The notes beneath the pieces are model-generated. The model was given only the letters and a program-made list of their open reading frames with translations. It was not told the origin of the DNA and did not search any database. A stretch of DNA of 32,000 nucleotides. Source: Candidatus Saccharimonadota bacterium. GTDB taxonomy: Archaea > Nanohalarchaeota > Nanosalinia > Nanosalinales > Nanosalinaceae. The stretch covers positions 990,001 through 1,022,000 of the forward strand of contig NZ_CP107255.1 in NCBI RefSeq assembly GCF_029232205.1. The letters run 5' to 3'. Position 1 is the first letter of the stretch. Every line of letters begins with the position of its first letter. The position numbers and the translations under genes are program-made. Below are positions 17,620-24,786 of the stretch, one piece after another.

Positions 17620-18926
17620 AACCAGAGAAAGTATTCAAAAGATACGATATCAGAGGCCGATACCCAGAGGAACTAGATGAAGAATTCGCAGAGAGACTGG
17701 GAAAGGCCGTAGGAAGCTTTGTAAAAAATAATTTTAACGGAAAAACAGTTGTCTGCAGAGACAATAAAGACACATCAGGCCCTCTAAAAGACAACCTTAT
17801 AGAAGGACTGCGTTCTACAGGTGTAAAAGTTTTCGACGCAGGAGTAGGCCCTACAGACTACTCTGCATACGCAGGAATGAAGAAAGAGGCTGTATCAGTT
17901 CAGGTTACATCCTCTCACTTGCCTCTGGAATTCAACGGCTTCAAGCTCACCTATCCGGAGGGCAACGGATTTATCAACGAGGATCTGAATGCTGTGAAAG
18001 ATATCTTTAGAAGCGAGGAATTTGAACAGGGTGATGGAGGCCTTGCGTATTTTGCGGACAGTATAAAGAAAGATTACAGACGCGGGCTTGTTGAGACAGC
18101 TAAAGAATACAGTGATGGCCTCTACAACAAGAAAGTGGTTGTCGACAGTCTTGGTGGCGCATCTACCGAGTTTCTGGCCGGAGCTCTCAGAGAGCTAGGT
18201 GCTGAAGTAGTCGATATTGCGGAGAGTAAAGATGAGCATCCTTACAGAGACCCTCCTAACCCAAAGCCAGAGAAACTTGAGGAGCTAAAATCTCTGGTAG
18301 AAGAGGAGAACGCCGATATAGGCCTTGCAACCGACATGGATGCCGATAGAGTTGCTCTCTACAGAGATGGCTTTGTTTCTGGCAGCGAGATTTTCTCCCT
18401 GATGGCCTTGAAAGTTAAGGGAGACGTGGTGGCCTCTATTGATACTTCTCAGGCCGTGGAGGATATTGTCGAGGGTCAGGGCGATGAGATATACTATACT
18501 CGTGTTGGCGATCCTTTTGTTATGGATAAAGCTCTGGAAGTTGATGCAGCTCTGGCTGGAGAGCCAAATGGCCATTACTCGGTGCTTGATTTTGTGCCGT
18601 ACAACTCCGGGACCTTGACTGCTCTTGTTCTTGCAGGTCTGGATATTGATTCTGCTCTGGAGGAAGTTCCTGAGTACTACGTTGAACGCGATAATCTGAA
18701 AGTGGAAGATAAAGAGGAGAAAATGGCTCTAGCTGAAGAGATTGTAGAGGCCGAGCATGAAGTAATTTCACGTGTTGATGGTGTGAAGGCCTTGATTGAT
18801 GGGGCCGAGGTTTTGATCAGGCCTTCTGGTTCTTCTCCTAAGATCCGTGTTATTTCGGAGGCCTCTGATGAGAGTGTTGCTGAGAGAGGTCTTGAGGAGG
18901 CCTTGCGTATTTTGCGGAAGGCATAA
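17616..18926 (+). CDS. Phosphohexose/phosphohexosamine mutase (PGM/PMM / GlmM family)
   Basis: FKRYDIRGRYP; the phospho-Ser loop VTSSHLPLEFNGFKL; the metal loop ATDMDADRV; the sugar loop GEPNGHY; the phosphate loop RPSGSSPKIRV. Confidence 0.9.
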   Translation: MKPEKVFKRYDIRGRYPEELDEEFAERLGKAVGSFVKNNFNGKTVVCRDNKDTSGPLKDNLIEGLRSTGVKVFDAGVGPTDYSAYAGMKKEAVSVQVTSSHLPLEFNGFKLTYPEGNGFINEDLNAVKDIFRSEEFEQGDGGLAYFADSIKKDYRRGLVETAKEYSDGLYNKKVVVDSLGGASTEFLAGALRELGAEVVDIAESKDEHPYRDPPNPKPEKLEELKSLVEEENADIGLATDMDADRVALYRDGFVSGSEIFSLMALKVKGDVVASIDTSQAVEDIVEGQGDEIYYTRVGDPFVMDKALEVDAALAGEPNGHYSVLDFVPYNSGTLTALVLAGLDIDSALEEVPEYYVERDNLKVEDKEEKMALAEEIVEAEHEVISRVDGVKALIDGAEVLIRPSGSSPKIRVISEASDESVAERGLEEALRILRKA

Positions 18927-18951
18927 AACTTTCTTTCTCCTGTTTTTGTAC

Positions 18952-19167
18952 ATGGCAGAAGTTATATTCAATTTTGAGGAAGGGCCTTACGAGGTTCTGG
19001 AGTACACTGTAAAGATGAAGGATGGTAAAGCTGTTATCGAGGTTAATGATGGAGATCTTGGGCGTTTGCCTGTAGAGGATCTTGATACTGTTGAGCAGCT
19101 GCGTGAAGCACTTGAGAAGATTGAGATGGAGTTTCAGGAAGCTGAGCGTCGTGGAGAAGAGCTTTAA
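18952..19167 (+). CDS. Hypothetical small acidic protein (71 aa)
   Basis: Internal ATG of tracked ORF 18847..19167, chosen because the upstream part overlaps the mutase gene. No family recognised. Confidence 0.4.
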   Translation: MAEVIFNFEEGPYEVLEYTVKMKDGKAVIEVNDGDLGRLPVEDLDTVEQLREALEKIEMEFQEAERRGEEL

Positions 19168-19216
19168 ACTGTAAAATAAGAGAAAAGAAGAAAATTTTGT
19201 GTCAAAGAAGGGAGAC

Positions 19217-19384
19217 TTATACGTCTCTTGCTTTGACAGTTTTACGTCCGTTTTCGTCTGCTCTTTCTACAGCTCTTGCGATTAGGTCCTTTACCTCTTC
19301 GTCTAGAGCGTCGTAGAAGTCAGATCCTACGTTGACGCCATCTGCAGCGTCACGTACTCCGGACTTCTTTAGTACGTCTACCAC
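19217..19384 (-). CDS. Small histone-fold-like protein (DUF1931-like), 55 aa, GTG start; absent from the ORF track
   Basis: My translation is VVDVLKKSGVRDAADGVNVGSDFYDALDEEVKDLIARAVERADENGRKTVKARDV. The GRKTV(K)xxD ending and xSxDAxxxLxEE pattern match histone-fold half-domains. GGTGAT Shine-Dalgarno lies 5 nt before the GTG. A TATAAAAA box (minus strand) is at 19418-19425. Confidence 0.5.
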   Translation of the reverse strand: MVDVLKKSGVRDAADGVNVGSDFYDALDEEVKDLIARAVERADENGRKTVKARDV

Positions 19385-19543
19385 GTGAAATCACCATAGA
19401 AGTATTGGCTGGCCTCTTTTTTATAGGTACGGGGAATATTCCCGCAAAAGTAACTTATCAAGGCCTGAAAAACAGTTTTTGTTATTGTGTTGAAGTGAAT
19501 AGTTTGTTCGGATTTTTTCGAATAAAACTGATTAAATTAAAAA

Positions 19544-19549
19544 TTATAA
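19544..19549 (+). promoter_or_regulatory. TATA-like TTATAA upstream of the HTH regulator gene
   Basis: AAATTATAAG begins about 25 nt before ATG 19566, consistent with a leaderless or near-leaderless transcript. Confidence 0.35.
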
Positions 19550-19565
19550 GCTCTACAAAGGATTT

Positions 19566-20099
19566 ATGGAATTAGACTTCAAAACCGTGAAGGCCTTGAG
19601 CTCTCCGACAAGGATCAAGATTTTAAGCCGTGTACTGGAGAAAGAATACACTCCTACAGACCTGAGTAATGATATCGGGAAAAGTAAGTCAACGATTTCA
19701 TCCCATCTTGAAACTCTGGTAGGTTCAGGACTTGTAGAGAAGGACTCCGAGGAAGGCAGGAAGAGAGTAGTTTATCATCCAACGGATAAGGCCCGTGCAA
19801 TTGTCAATGAGAAGGAGAAAAAGGTCAAGTTCTCCATAGTTTCCTCAACAGTTACAGGCCTTGTAGGGCTCGGATTTGTAGGCTCCACGTTGATTGAGAG
19901 GCCTCAGAAAGGTTCTCTTCAGAACTACGCGGCTGATCAGGGAGCCAGTATAATGATGGAAGGCGCCAGAAATGCTCCAAAGGCCACTGAAGCTGCTTCA
20001 AGTAATCCTGAACAGGTTTTCTTCTTCCTGGGTCTTGGCTTCCTGACAATATCTATCTCGGCGATTCTTTATGGCCTGTTAATGAGAGCTCTGGAATAA
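19566..20099 (+). CDS. ArsR-family winged-helix regulator with C-terminal transmembrane segments
   Basis: KALSSPTRIKILSRVLEKEYTPTDLSNDIGKSKSTISSHLETLVGSGLV is a typical ArsR/HTH_20 pattern. Hydrophobic stretches at about aa 95-110 and 155-172. Confidence 0.78.
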   Translation: MELDFKTVKALSSPTRIKILSRVLEKEYTPTDLSNDIGKSKSTISSHLETLVGSGLVEKDSEEGRKRVVYHPTDKARAIVNEKEKKVKFSIVSSTVTGLVGLGFVGSTLIERPQKGSLQNYAADQGASIMMEGARNAPKATEAASSNPEQVFFFLGLGFLTISISAILYGLLMRALE

Positions 20100-20121
20100 A
20101 AAGTGAGGAATAAGAGGGTTT

Positions 20122-20802
20122 TCAGGGTGTCCAGAGTCTGTTGACGCGGGCCTCTGCCTCCGAATGTTTTTCCCTGATTTCTTCTGGATTATTTTCTCCG
20201 TTGACGTTGATTAGATGGACTTTCCCACGCGTATCGGAGTATACGTCCTGGAAGTCGTAGACCACTCCTATTACATCAGTTTTCTCGGGAATATCTTCTG
20301 ATTGAAGAAGCTGGTTGATCTGCTGGTCTACGTTGTACTCTACAAGCCTGTTGACTGCTTCAGAGTCTTCCAGGCCGTCAGGAAGTTTTTCAAGGCCGTC
20401 TTCCAGCCTCTGTTTAAGGAGTTCTATGCAGTGTGTTATTCCTTCAGGTTCTTCGAGGCCTTCTGTTAGTTCTCTGTATGTTGCGGTGACTGCTCCGCAT
20501 CCTGTGTGGCCTACCACGATTACTGTCTGGGTTCCTGTGTGTTCTAAGGGGTAGAGTACGTCGCCCGAGATTTTTTCTCCTTTGCTGGTTTTCTGTGTTA
20601 CTCTGTTTCCGATGTTGCTGCATGTGAATACGTGGCCCGGGTGTTTGTTACCCCACATGTGGTCCTGCAGGACTCTGGAGTCGGAACAGCATACTGTAAC
20701 AAAATCAGGCTCCTGGCTGTCCTGCAGTTCGTCGAATTTTTCGTTGAATTTTTCTGCGTGATCCAAGTTTGATTCAAGTAGATCAATTAATTCCTGTTTC
20801 AT
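20122..20802 (-). CDS. Beta-class carbonic anhydrase
   Basis: Zinc-ligand motifs CCSDSR and VVGHTGCGAV. Confidence 0.9.
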   Translation of the reverse strand: MKQELIDLLESNLDHAEKFNEKFDELQDSQEPDFVTVCCSDSRVLQDHMWGNKHPGHVFTCSNIGNRVTQKTSKGEKISGDVLYPLEHTGTQTVIVVGHTGCGAVTATYRELTEGLEEPEGITHCIELLKQRLEDGLEKLPDGLEDSEAVNRLVEYNVDQQINQLLQSEDIPEKTDVIGVVYDFQDVYSDTRGKVHLINVNGENNPEEIREKHSEAEARVNRLWTP

Positions 20803-20956
20803 AGGTGTATTCAGTTCGATCAGATAAAGTTTTTCAACTGTTCTCTCCTGAGTTCCAACAATGCCCTTATTAAACTTTCAAGCACCTTATACAGGTAGAA
20901 GAGTTATTCGAAAAAATTTTCTAACCAACACGAAAGATTTCATCAAGTGAAAAGAA

Positions 20957-21415
20957 ATGGCTACATGTCAACTTTGCGGAGAAGAAACCGATTCAACCAC
21001 CAAGACCAAAATCGAAGGAGCAGTTCTGCAGGTATGTGACTCCTGCGCTGAAATGGGCGAAAAAGTAAAGACCAAGTCCAAAAAGAAGAAGCGCAAGAAA
21101 AAGAAGAAGTCAAGAAGACGCAGAAAACGCAACGAAGAAGTATTGATCAATGATTACGGGAAGAAAGTGAAAGAGGCCCGTGAATCAAAGCAGCTTTCTA
21201 TCATGGAGCTTGCTGACGACCTGAATGAGAAGGAATCTCTTCTTAAGAAGATCGAGCAGCAGGAGCTGAAACCTGAGAAAAGCCTGGCCCAGAAACTGGA
21301 GAAAAAATTCAACCTTGAGCTGTACACTATTCCAGAGGCCTGGGATCAGGAAACAGACTCCGGAGACAGTAGATCAGCTACTCTTGGCGACGTCGCAGAA
21401 GTCAAGGAAGACTAG
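20957..21415 (+). CDS. mbf1: Archaeal multiprotein bridging factor 1 (aMBF1): zinc ribbon plus XRE-type HTH
   Basis: N-terminal CxxC...CxxC (CQLCGEE...CDSCAE). C-terminal HTH YGKKVKEARESKQLSIMELADDLNEKESLLKKIE. An unusually long poly-Lys/Arg linker joins them. Confidence 0.9.
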   Translation: MATCQLCGEETDSTTKTKIEGAVLQVCDSCAEMGEKVKTKSKKKKRKKKKKSRRRRKRNEEVLINDYGKKVKEARESKQLSIMELADDLNEKESLLKKIEQQELKPEKSLAQKLEKKFNLELYTIPEAWDQETDSGDSRSATLGDVAEVKED

Positions 21416-21882
21416 GTAATTTTGAACTCCTGGTCAAGCGTCAGGTGAGAGAATATTCCCAAGGCCATTGCTACTCCTGGTAGCGGTGAGGCAAAGCTGT
21501 AGACACTTCCCACTACTACTCCCGAGCTGACCAGCGCTAGGAATGTGAAGGAGTGGGTGAATCCTCTGTGCTTCATTTTTATTGATGAGAAACCGACGTA
21601 GGACAGCAAAAATATTGCTGCTGCTATTGCAAATCGGTGGTGCAGCGGAAGAGGTAGGTAAACTACCCCAAGTATTGCAAGGCCTATGCTAAAGAATGCC
21701 TTGGCAGCCCTATGCACGTAGGCATTTTTATGGTCTATATCTGGCAGTACTGAGCCTACTACAATTGCTATTGACGACACCATTGTTTCTACAGGGGTTA
21801 AAACTAGCATATCTTTCAAAAAGTAGCTTACTATTGCAGCGGCCAGAAAGCCGAACAGTACGTGTTCTCTGAAGTCTCCCAT
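21412..21882 (-). CDS. Membrane-bound metal-dependent hydrolase-like protein (YdjM/DUF457 family)
   Basis: Multi-TM protein with LPDIDH, RGFTHSF and HLTLD His/Asp motifs. Confidence 0.72.
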   Translation of the reverse strand: MGDFREHVLFGFLAAAIVSYFLKDMLVLTPVETMVSSIAIVVGSVLPDIDHKNAYVHRAAKAFFSIGLAILGVVYLPLPLHHRFAIAAAIFLLSYVGFSSIKMKHRGFTHSFTFLALVSSGVVVGSVYSFASPLPGVAMALGIFSHLTLDQEFKIT

Positions 21883-21920
21883 CTCTGTATTTTAATTGCA
21901 GACGGGTTTAAATTAATCTT

Positions 21921-22502
21921 TCATTTCCTGACTTTGTGGCAGTGCCGGCAGCGGGCCTCGTAGCTTTCCTCTGCACCGACCATAACCGTTGGATCATCGA
22001 CATGGGCCGGTTCTCCGTCGATAAGTCGCTGGTTTCTTGTCGCAGGTTTGCCGCACTGCGTGCAGATAGCTCTGAGTTTTTCAACGTATTCTGCAGAGGC
22101 CATTAGCTGTGGTACAGGTTCGAAAGGTTCTCCTCTGAAGTTCTGATCTATTCCCAACACAATCACTCTTTTTCCACTGTTTGCAAGTTGCTGGCATACG
22201 TTAACTAGGTCTTTCTGGAAGAAGTTGGCCTCATCTACCGCGACTACATCAGCCTCTACATCTTTCATTTCCTCCAGGCCTTCTGATGCATCTACTACCT
22301 GTGCCATCCATTTGCGGCCGTTGTGCGAACCTATTTCTTCCTCTCCGTATCTGTCGTCGACCTCCGGTTTGAATACCTCTACTTCCTGGCCCGCTATTTC
22401 TGCCCTGTTAAGTCTTCTGATCAGCTCCTCTGTTTTTCCCGAGAACATTGAACCAGTTATTACTTCGATATGGCCTTCGGTAGATACCTCTGTAGAACTC
22501 AT
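21921..22502 (-). CDS. tdk: Thymidine kinase
   Basis: P-loop [18 protein letters not shown], and the zinc lasso CTQCG...CRHCH. Confidence 0.93.
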   Translation of the reverse strand: MSSTEVSTEGHIEVITGSMFSGKTEELIRRLNRAEIAGQEVEVFKPEVDDRYGEEEIGSHNGRKWMAQVVDASEGLEEMKDVEADVVAVDEANFFQKDLVNVCQQLANSGKRVIVLGIDQNFRGEPFEPVPQLMASAEYVEKLRAICTQCGKPATRNQRLIDGEPAHVDDPTVMVGAEESYEARCRHCHKVRK

Positions 22503-22584
22503 TGTATTCTGATTGGAGGCCTAGAAATTTATCTTTCGAACTACTCCAGAAATTGATTAAAGTGGAGAATTGCAAGTACTTGCC

Positions 22585-22863
22585 ATGGTTGTTTTAGAAC
22601 AGTATCTTCCTCATATCGCCGCGACAATTATGGCCCTGATATTTTATCGTAAAGATCGTCAGGCCTTTCTGGCAGGGAGCGTTACAGCAGTTGTTGCTGG
22701 CGGTTCAGGGTATTTCCTGGCGATGCAGTTGAATCCAGAGCTTGTTAATTATACTATGATTGTTGCTGGCGGCGCTGCAATGTTTTCCGGTTATATTGGG
22801 TCGCATCTTCGTGCTGAGAGACTTGTTCTTGATGCATTAATCGATAAAGTTCAGGGAGAATAA
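22585..22863 (+). CDS. Small membrane protein (92 aa from ATG 22585)
   Basis: Three hydrophobic helices. The tracked TTG 22570 is possible but ATG 22585 is preferred. Confidence 0.5.
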   Translation: MVVLEQYLPHIAATIMALIFYRKDRQAFLAGSVTAVVAGGSGYFLAMQLNPELVNYTMIVAGGAAMFSGYIGSHLRAERLVLDALIDKVQGE

Positions 22864-22866
22864 GTT

Positions 22867-22897
22867 AAGCGCCGGGGCCGGGTACGAAAATCCCGGG
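22867..22897 (-). pseudogene. Partial duplicate of the tRNA-Ser 3' end (acceptor 3' strand plus degenerate T arm)
   Basis: The 16-nt string AAGCGCCGGGGCCGGG at 22867-22882 is identical to 22979-22994. It continues as a CCGGG-N9-CCCGG hairpin, where the intact tRNA has CCGGG-TTCGAAT-CCCGG. No matching 5' acceptor strand is present. Confidence 0.55.
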
Positions 22898-22910
22898 ATT
22901 TTCTAGAGCA

Positions 22911-22931
22911 GAAGTTCTCGATGAGAACTTC
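22911..22931. other. Perfect 9-bp hairpin between the tRNA-Ser and its 3' duplicate
   Basis: GAAGTTCTC-GAT-GAGAACTTC, followed by the palindromic ATTCGAA-CC-TTCGAAT at about 22935-22950. Confidence 0.4.
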
Positions 22932-22981
22932 AAGATTCGAACCTTCGAATCCTGCAGTAGAAATTATTTGTAAATTAGAAG

Positions 22982-23068
22982 CGCCGGGGCCGGGATTCGA
23001 ACCCGGGCGGACTGCAATAGCCCAATGGCTTAGCAAGCCATCGCGTTAAGCCACTCTGCCACCCCGAC
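22982..23068 (-). tRNA. tRNA-Ser (anticodon GCU), class II with long variable arm
   Basis: The minus strand reads GTCGGGGTGGCAGAGTGGCTTAACGCGATGGCTTGCTAAGCCATTGGGCTATTGCAGTCCGCCCGGGTTCGAATCCCGGCCCCGGCG. The anticodon arm is ATGGC-TTGCTAA-GCCAT, the T arm is CCGGG-TTCGAAT-CCCGG, and the acceptor stem has one G-U pair. Confidence 0.9.
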
Positions 23069-23123
23069 TTTGTGGTGTAGTATAGTTGTGGATGGTCAGT
23101 CTTTAAAATTCAACCTTGAGTTT

Positions 23124-23534
23124 TTACTGCATTCTTAGGCCTGTGATCATGTACCGTGTTTTGATGACTGGTAGTTTGTATAGGAAGTAGAATGTGTGTT
23201 TGTCTGAGCTGTGGAAGGCCTTTTCCATTACTGGTTGGTGTCTTTCCCGGTATTTTTCGTATAGTTTGCGGGCTTCTTCTCCTTTGAGGCCTTGTTCTTT
23301 TTTCTGTTTTTCTTTGATTATTTTTCTTTCCAGTTGTTTTCTGTTCTGGATGAATCCGTTGTGGTCGAGTTCTTCTTGCTGGAATTTTTCTGCTATCTGG
23401 TTGAGGTCTTGGGCTATCTGGTTCCATTCGTTCTGTGTCAGACGGCCGTTTCTGAGGAGGTCTACTACGAGTCTTCTTTCTGCTCTCAGGTATGCGTCTG
23501 TGAATCCTTTGACTACTTTGTTTCTCAAGCCCAT
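23124..23534 (-). CDS. Hypothetical basic, Lys/Arg/Gln-rich helical protein (136 aa)
   Basis: ORF only. Its composition contrasts with the acidic neighbours. No family recognised. Confidence 0.5.
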   Translation of the reverse strand: MGLRNKVVKGFTDAYLRAERRLVVDLLRNGRLTQNEWNQIAQDLNQIAEKFQQEELDHNGFIQNRKQLERKIIKEKQKKEQGLKGEEARKLYEKYRERHQPVMEKAFHSSDKHTFYFLYKLPVIKTRYMITGLRMQ

Positions 23535-23642
23535 TATGTATTACTGTTACACCGCTAAGAGTTAAAACCTGAGGGCCTCGGTTTTACCAAATTATTTAAG
23601 TCTCAGACTGTTTATTTGAGGTATAAGGAGTTGTAACAAAAA

Positions 23643-23918
23643 ATGTCAGAGAATATCATCGATTTTTCGGATGTCGAGAGCAAGGACGTCTTCACGAAAA
23701 AAGGATCTTACTGTGGAAAAGTTAAAGATGTAGAACTTAATCTCGGCAAGTTTGCCGTTAGAGCAGTTGTAGTTGCAGCTGAACCAGGTTCTTACCTAGC
23801 TCAAAAGGTTGGCGGCTCCAAGAACGTTGTAATTCCATATAACATGGTCCAGTCTATTGACGACATCATTATTATCAGCGATTTCCAGACAAGTGACGTA
23901 GGAGACAGCGAAGAGTAA
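23643..23918 (+). CDS. PRC-barrel domain protein
   Basis: 91 aa with GKDVFTKKGSYCGKVKDVELN and the VVIPYNMVQSIDDIIIIS pattern, typical of small archaeal PRC-barrel proteins. Confidence 0.72.
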   Translation: MSENIIDFSDVESKDVFTKKGSYCGKVKDVELNLGKFAVRAVVVAAEPGSYLAQKVGGSKNVVIPYNMVQSIDDIIIISDFQTSDVGDSEE

Positions 23919-23919
23919 G

Positions 23920-24216
23920 ATGCTTCAAACACTGGTAGCTATAGGCCATGAAATAGTTAGGTCAAGCTGGATAGCAGCTTCAGTTCTTGTAAAATACTAT
24001 CTAGCTGCTACAGTACTTTATCTTCTGTACAGGAAAGATCTCAATATTGAGAGTTTTCAGGAGAACCTTGTAGATAATTCACGAACAGTTATTTTCAGTC
24101 TTCTAGGCCTTGGTATTGTCCTTGCTGTTTCAGGCCTTCAGATTTCGCCTGTTTTTGGTGATGTCAGCCAGTTGATCGCGCTGGGTTATCTGGCGTATCT
24201 TTTCTGGGTTTACTGA
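23920..24216 (+). CDS. Small membrane protein (98 aa)
   Basis: Three predicted hydrophobic helices. The start is 1 nt after the PRC-barrel stop. Confidence 0.5.
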   Translation: MLQTLVAIGHEIVRSSWIAASVLVKYYLAATVLYLLYRKDLNIESFQENLVDNSRTVIFSLLGLGIVLAVSGLQISPVFGDVSQLIALGYLAYLFWVY

Positions 24217-24536
24217 AGTTTGGACTTTACTTTGTTGTGCCAGGAGTCGAGGGCCTGTTTTGCGATGTTTTTGAGTTCTTCGAAGGGTAGTGTGGTGTAT
24301 ACGTAGTATACTGTTTTGTCGGTTTTTCCTTCTCTCATGATGATATCTTTGTTTAACATGTCTTGTAGGGCTCTTTGAACTGTTGACCTGTTTCTGTCGA
24401 CTTCTGCGGCCAGTTCCTGTACTGTTAGTTGTTTATTCTTTAGTTCGTCGAATATCTGCTTCTGTAGCGAGTTAAGGTCGAATATGTCGAAGATTATATC
24501 TTCGTCCTCCTTCCCCTCCAAATCAAAGAACTCCAT
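24210..24536 (-). CDS. Winged-helix transcriptional regulator (TrmB/ArsR-like)
   Basis: LQKQIFDELKNKQLTVQELAAEVDRNRSTVQRALQDMLNKDIIMRE is an HTH followed by a wing (KTVYYVY). Confidence 0.68.
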   Translation of the reverse strand: MEFFDLEGKEDEDIIFDIFDLNSLQKQIFDELKNKQLTVQELAAEVDRNRSTVQRALQDMLNKDIIMREGKTDKTVYYVYTTLPFEELKNIAKQALDSWHNKVKSKLQ

Positions 24537-24573
24537 ATAGAGAAATTTCTGTTAGGCTAGTAATAAAAATATA

Positions 24574-24786
24574 TCAGCCGCCGGCGATTACATCGAATAC
24601 TCTGATCGTATCTCCGTCTTCAAGTTCGTGTCTGCTTGAGATTATAGTCCCGTTCTTCGATACGAGAACTTCTTCAACAGGTATGTCCTCATCTTTCAGG
24701 AATTGCTGAACAGAGATATCTCTATCGACTTCTACCTGTCTCTCGACTTCCTCTTCCAGATCATCCCTTACGAGTGTGATCCTGAT
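24574..24786 (-). CDS. Ubiquitin-like beta-grasp protein (SAMP2/ThiS-like) ending in Gly-Gly; no canonical start codon
   Basis: My translation is IRITLVRDDLEEEVERQVEVDRDISVQQFLKDEDIPVEEVLVSKNGTIISSRHELEDGDTIRVFDVIAGG followed by a stop. The frame is open only from 24792. It contains no ATG, GTG or TTG. GGTGAT Shine-Dalgarno at 24797-24792 lies 5 nt before ATC 24786. The stated 5' boundary is provisional. Confidence 0.5.
   Translation of the reverse strand: MRITLVRDDLEEEVERQVEVDRDISVQQFLKDEDIPVEEVLVSKNGTIISSRHELEDGDTIRVFDVIAGG

Noticed and set aside
22865-22981. Possible second (or split, or intron-containing) tRNA gene next to tRNA-Ser.
   Set aside because: Only the 3' acceptor strand and a degenerate T arm are present. 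No GCCGGGG/GTCGGGG 5' acceptor strand, D arm or anticodon arm can be found on either strand. I therefore call it a fragment.
22851-23036. Tracked 61-aa minus-strand ORF.
   Set aside because: It runs through the tRNA-Ser gene and the tRNA-fragment/hairpin region, so it is not a plausible protein.
23110-23565. Alternative frames 23110..23427, 23194..23565 and 23292..23558 overlapping the basic protein gene.
   Set aside because: They are low-complexity (Arg/Pro/Thr or Phe/Leu/Ser) and mutually exclusive. The 23124..23534 frame gives the only helical, protein-like sequence. Confidence in that gene's function nevertheless remains low.
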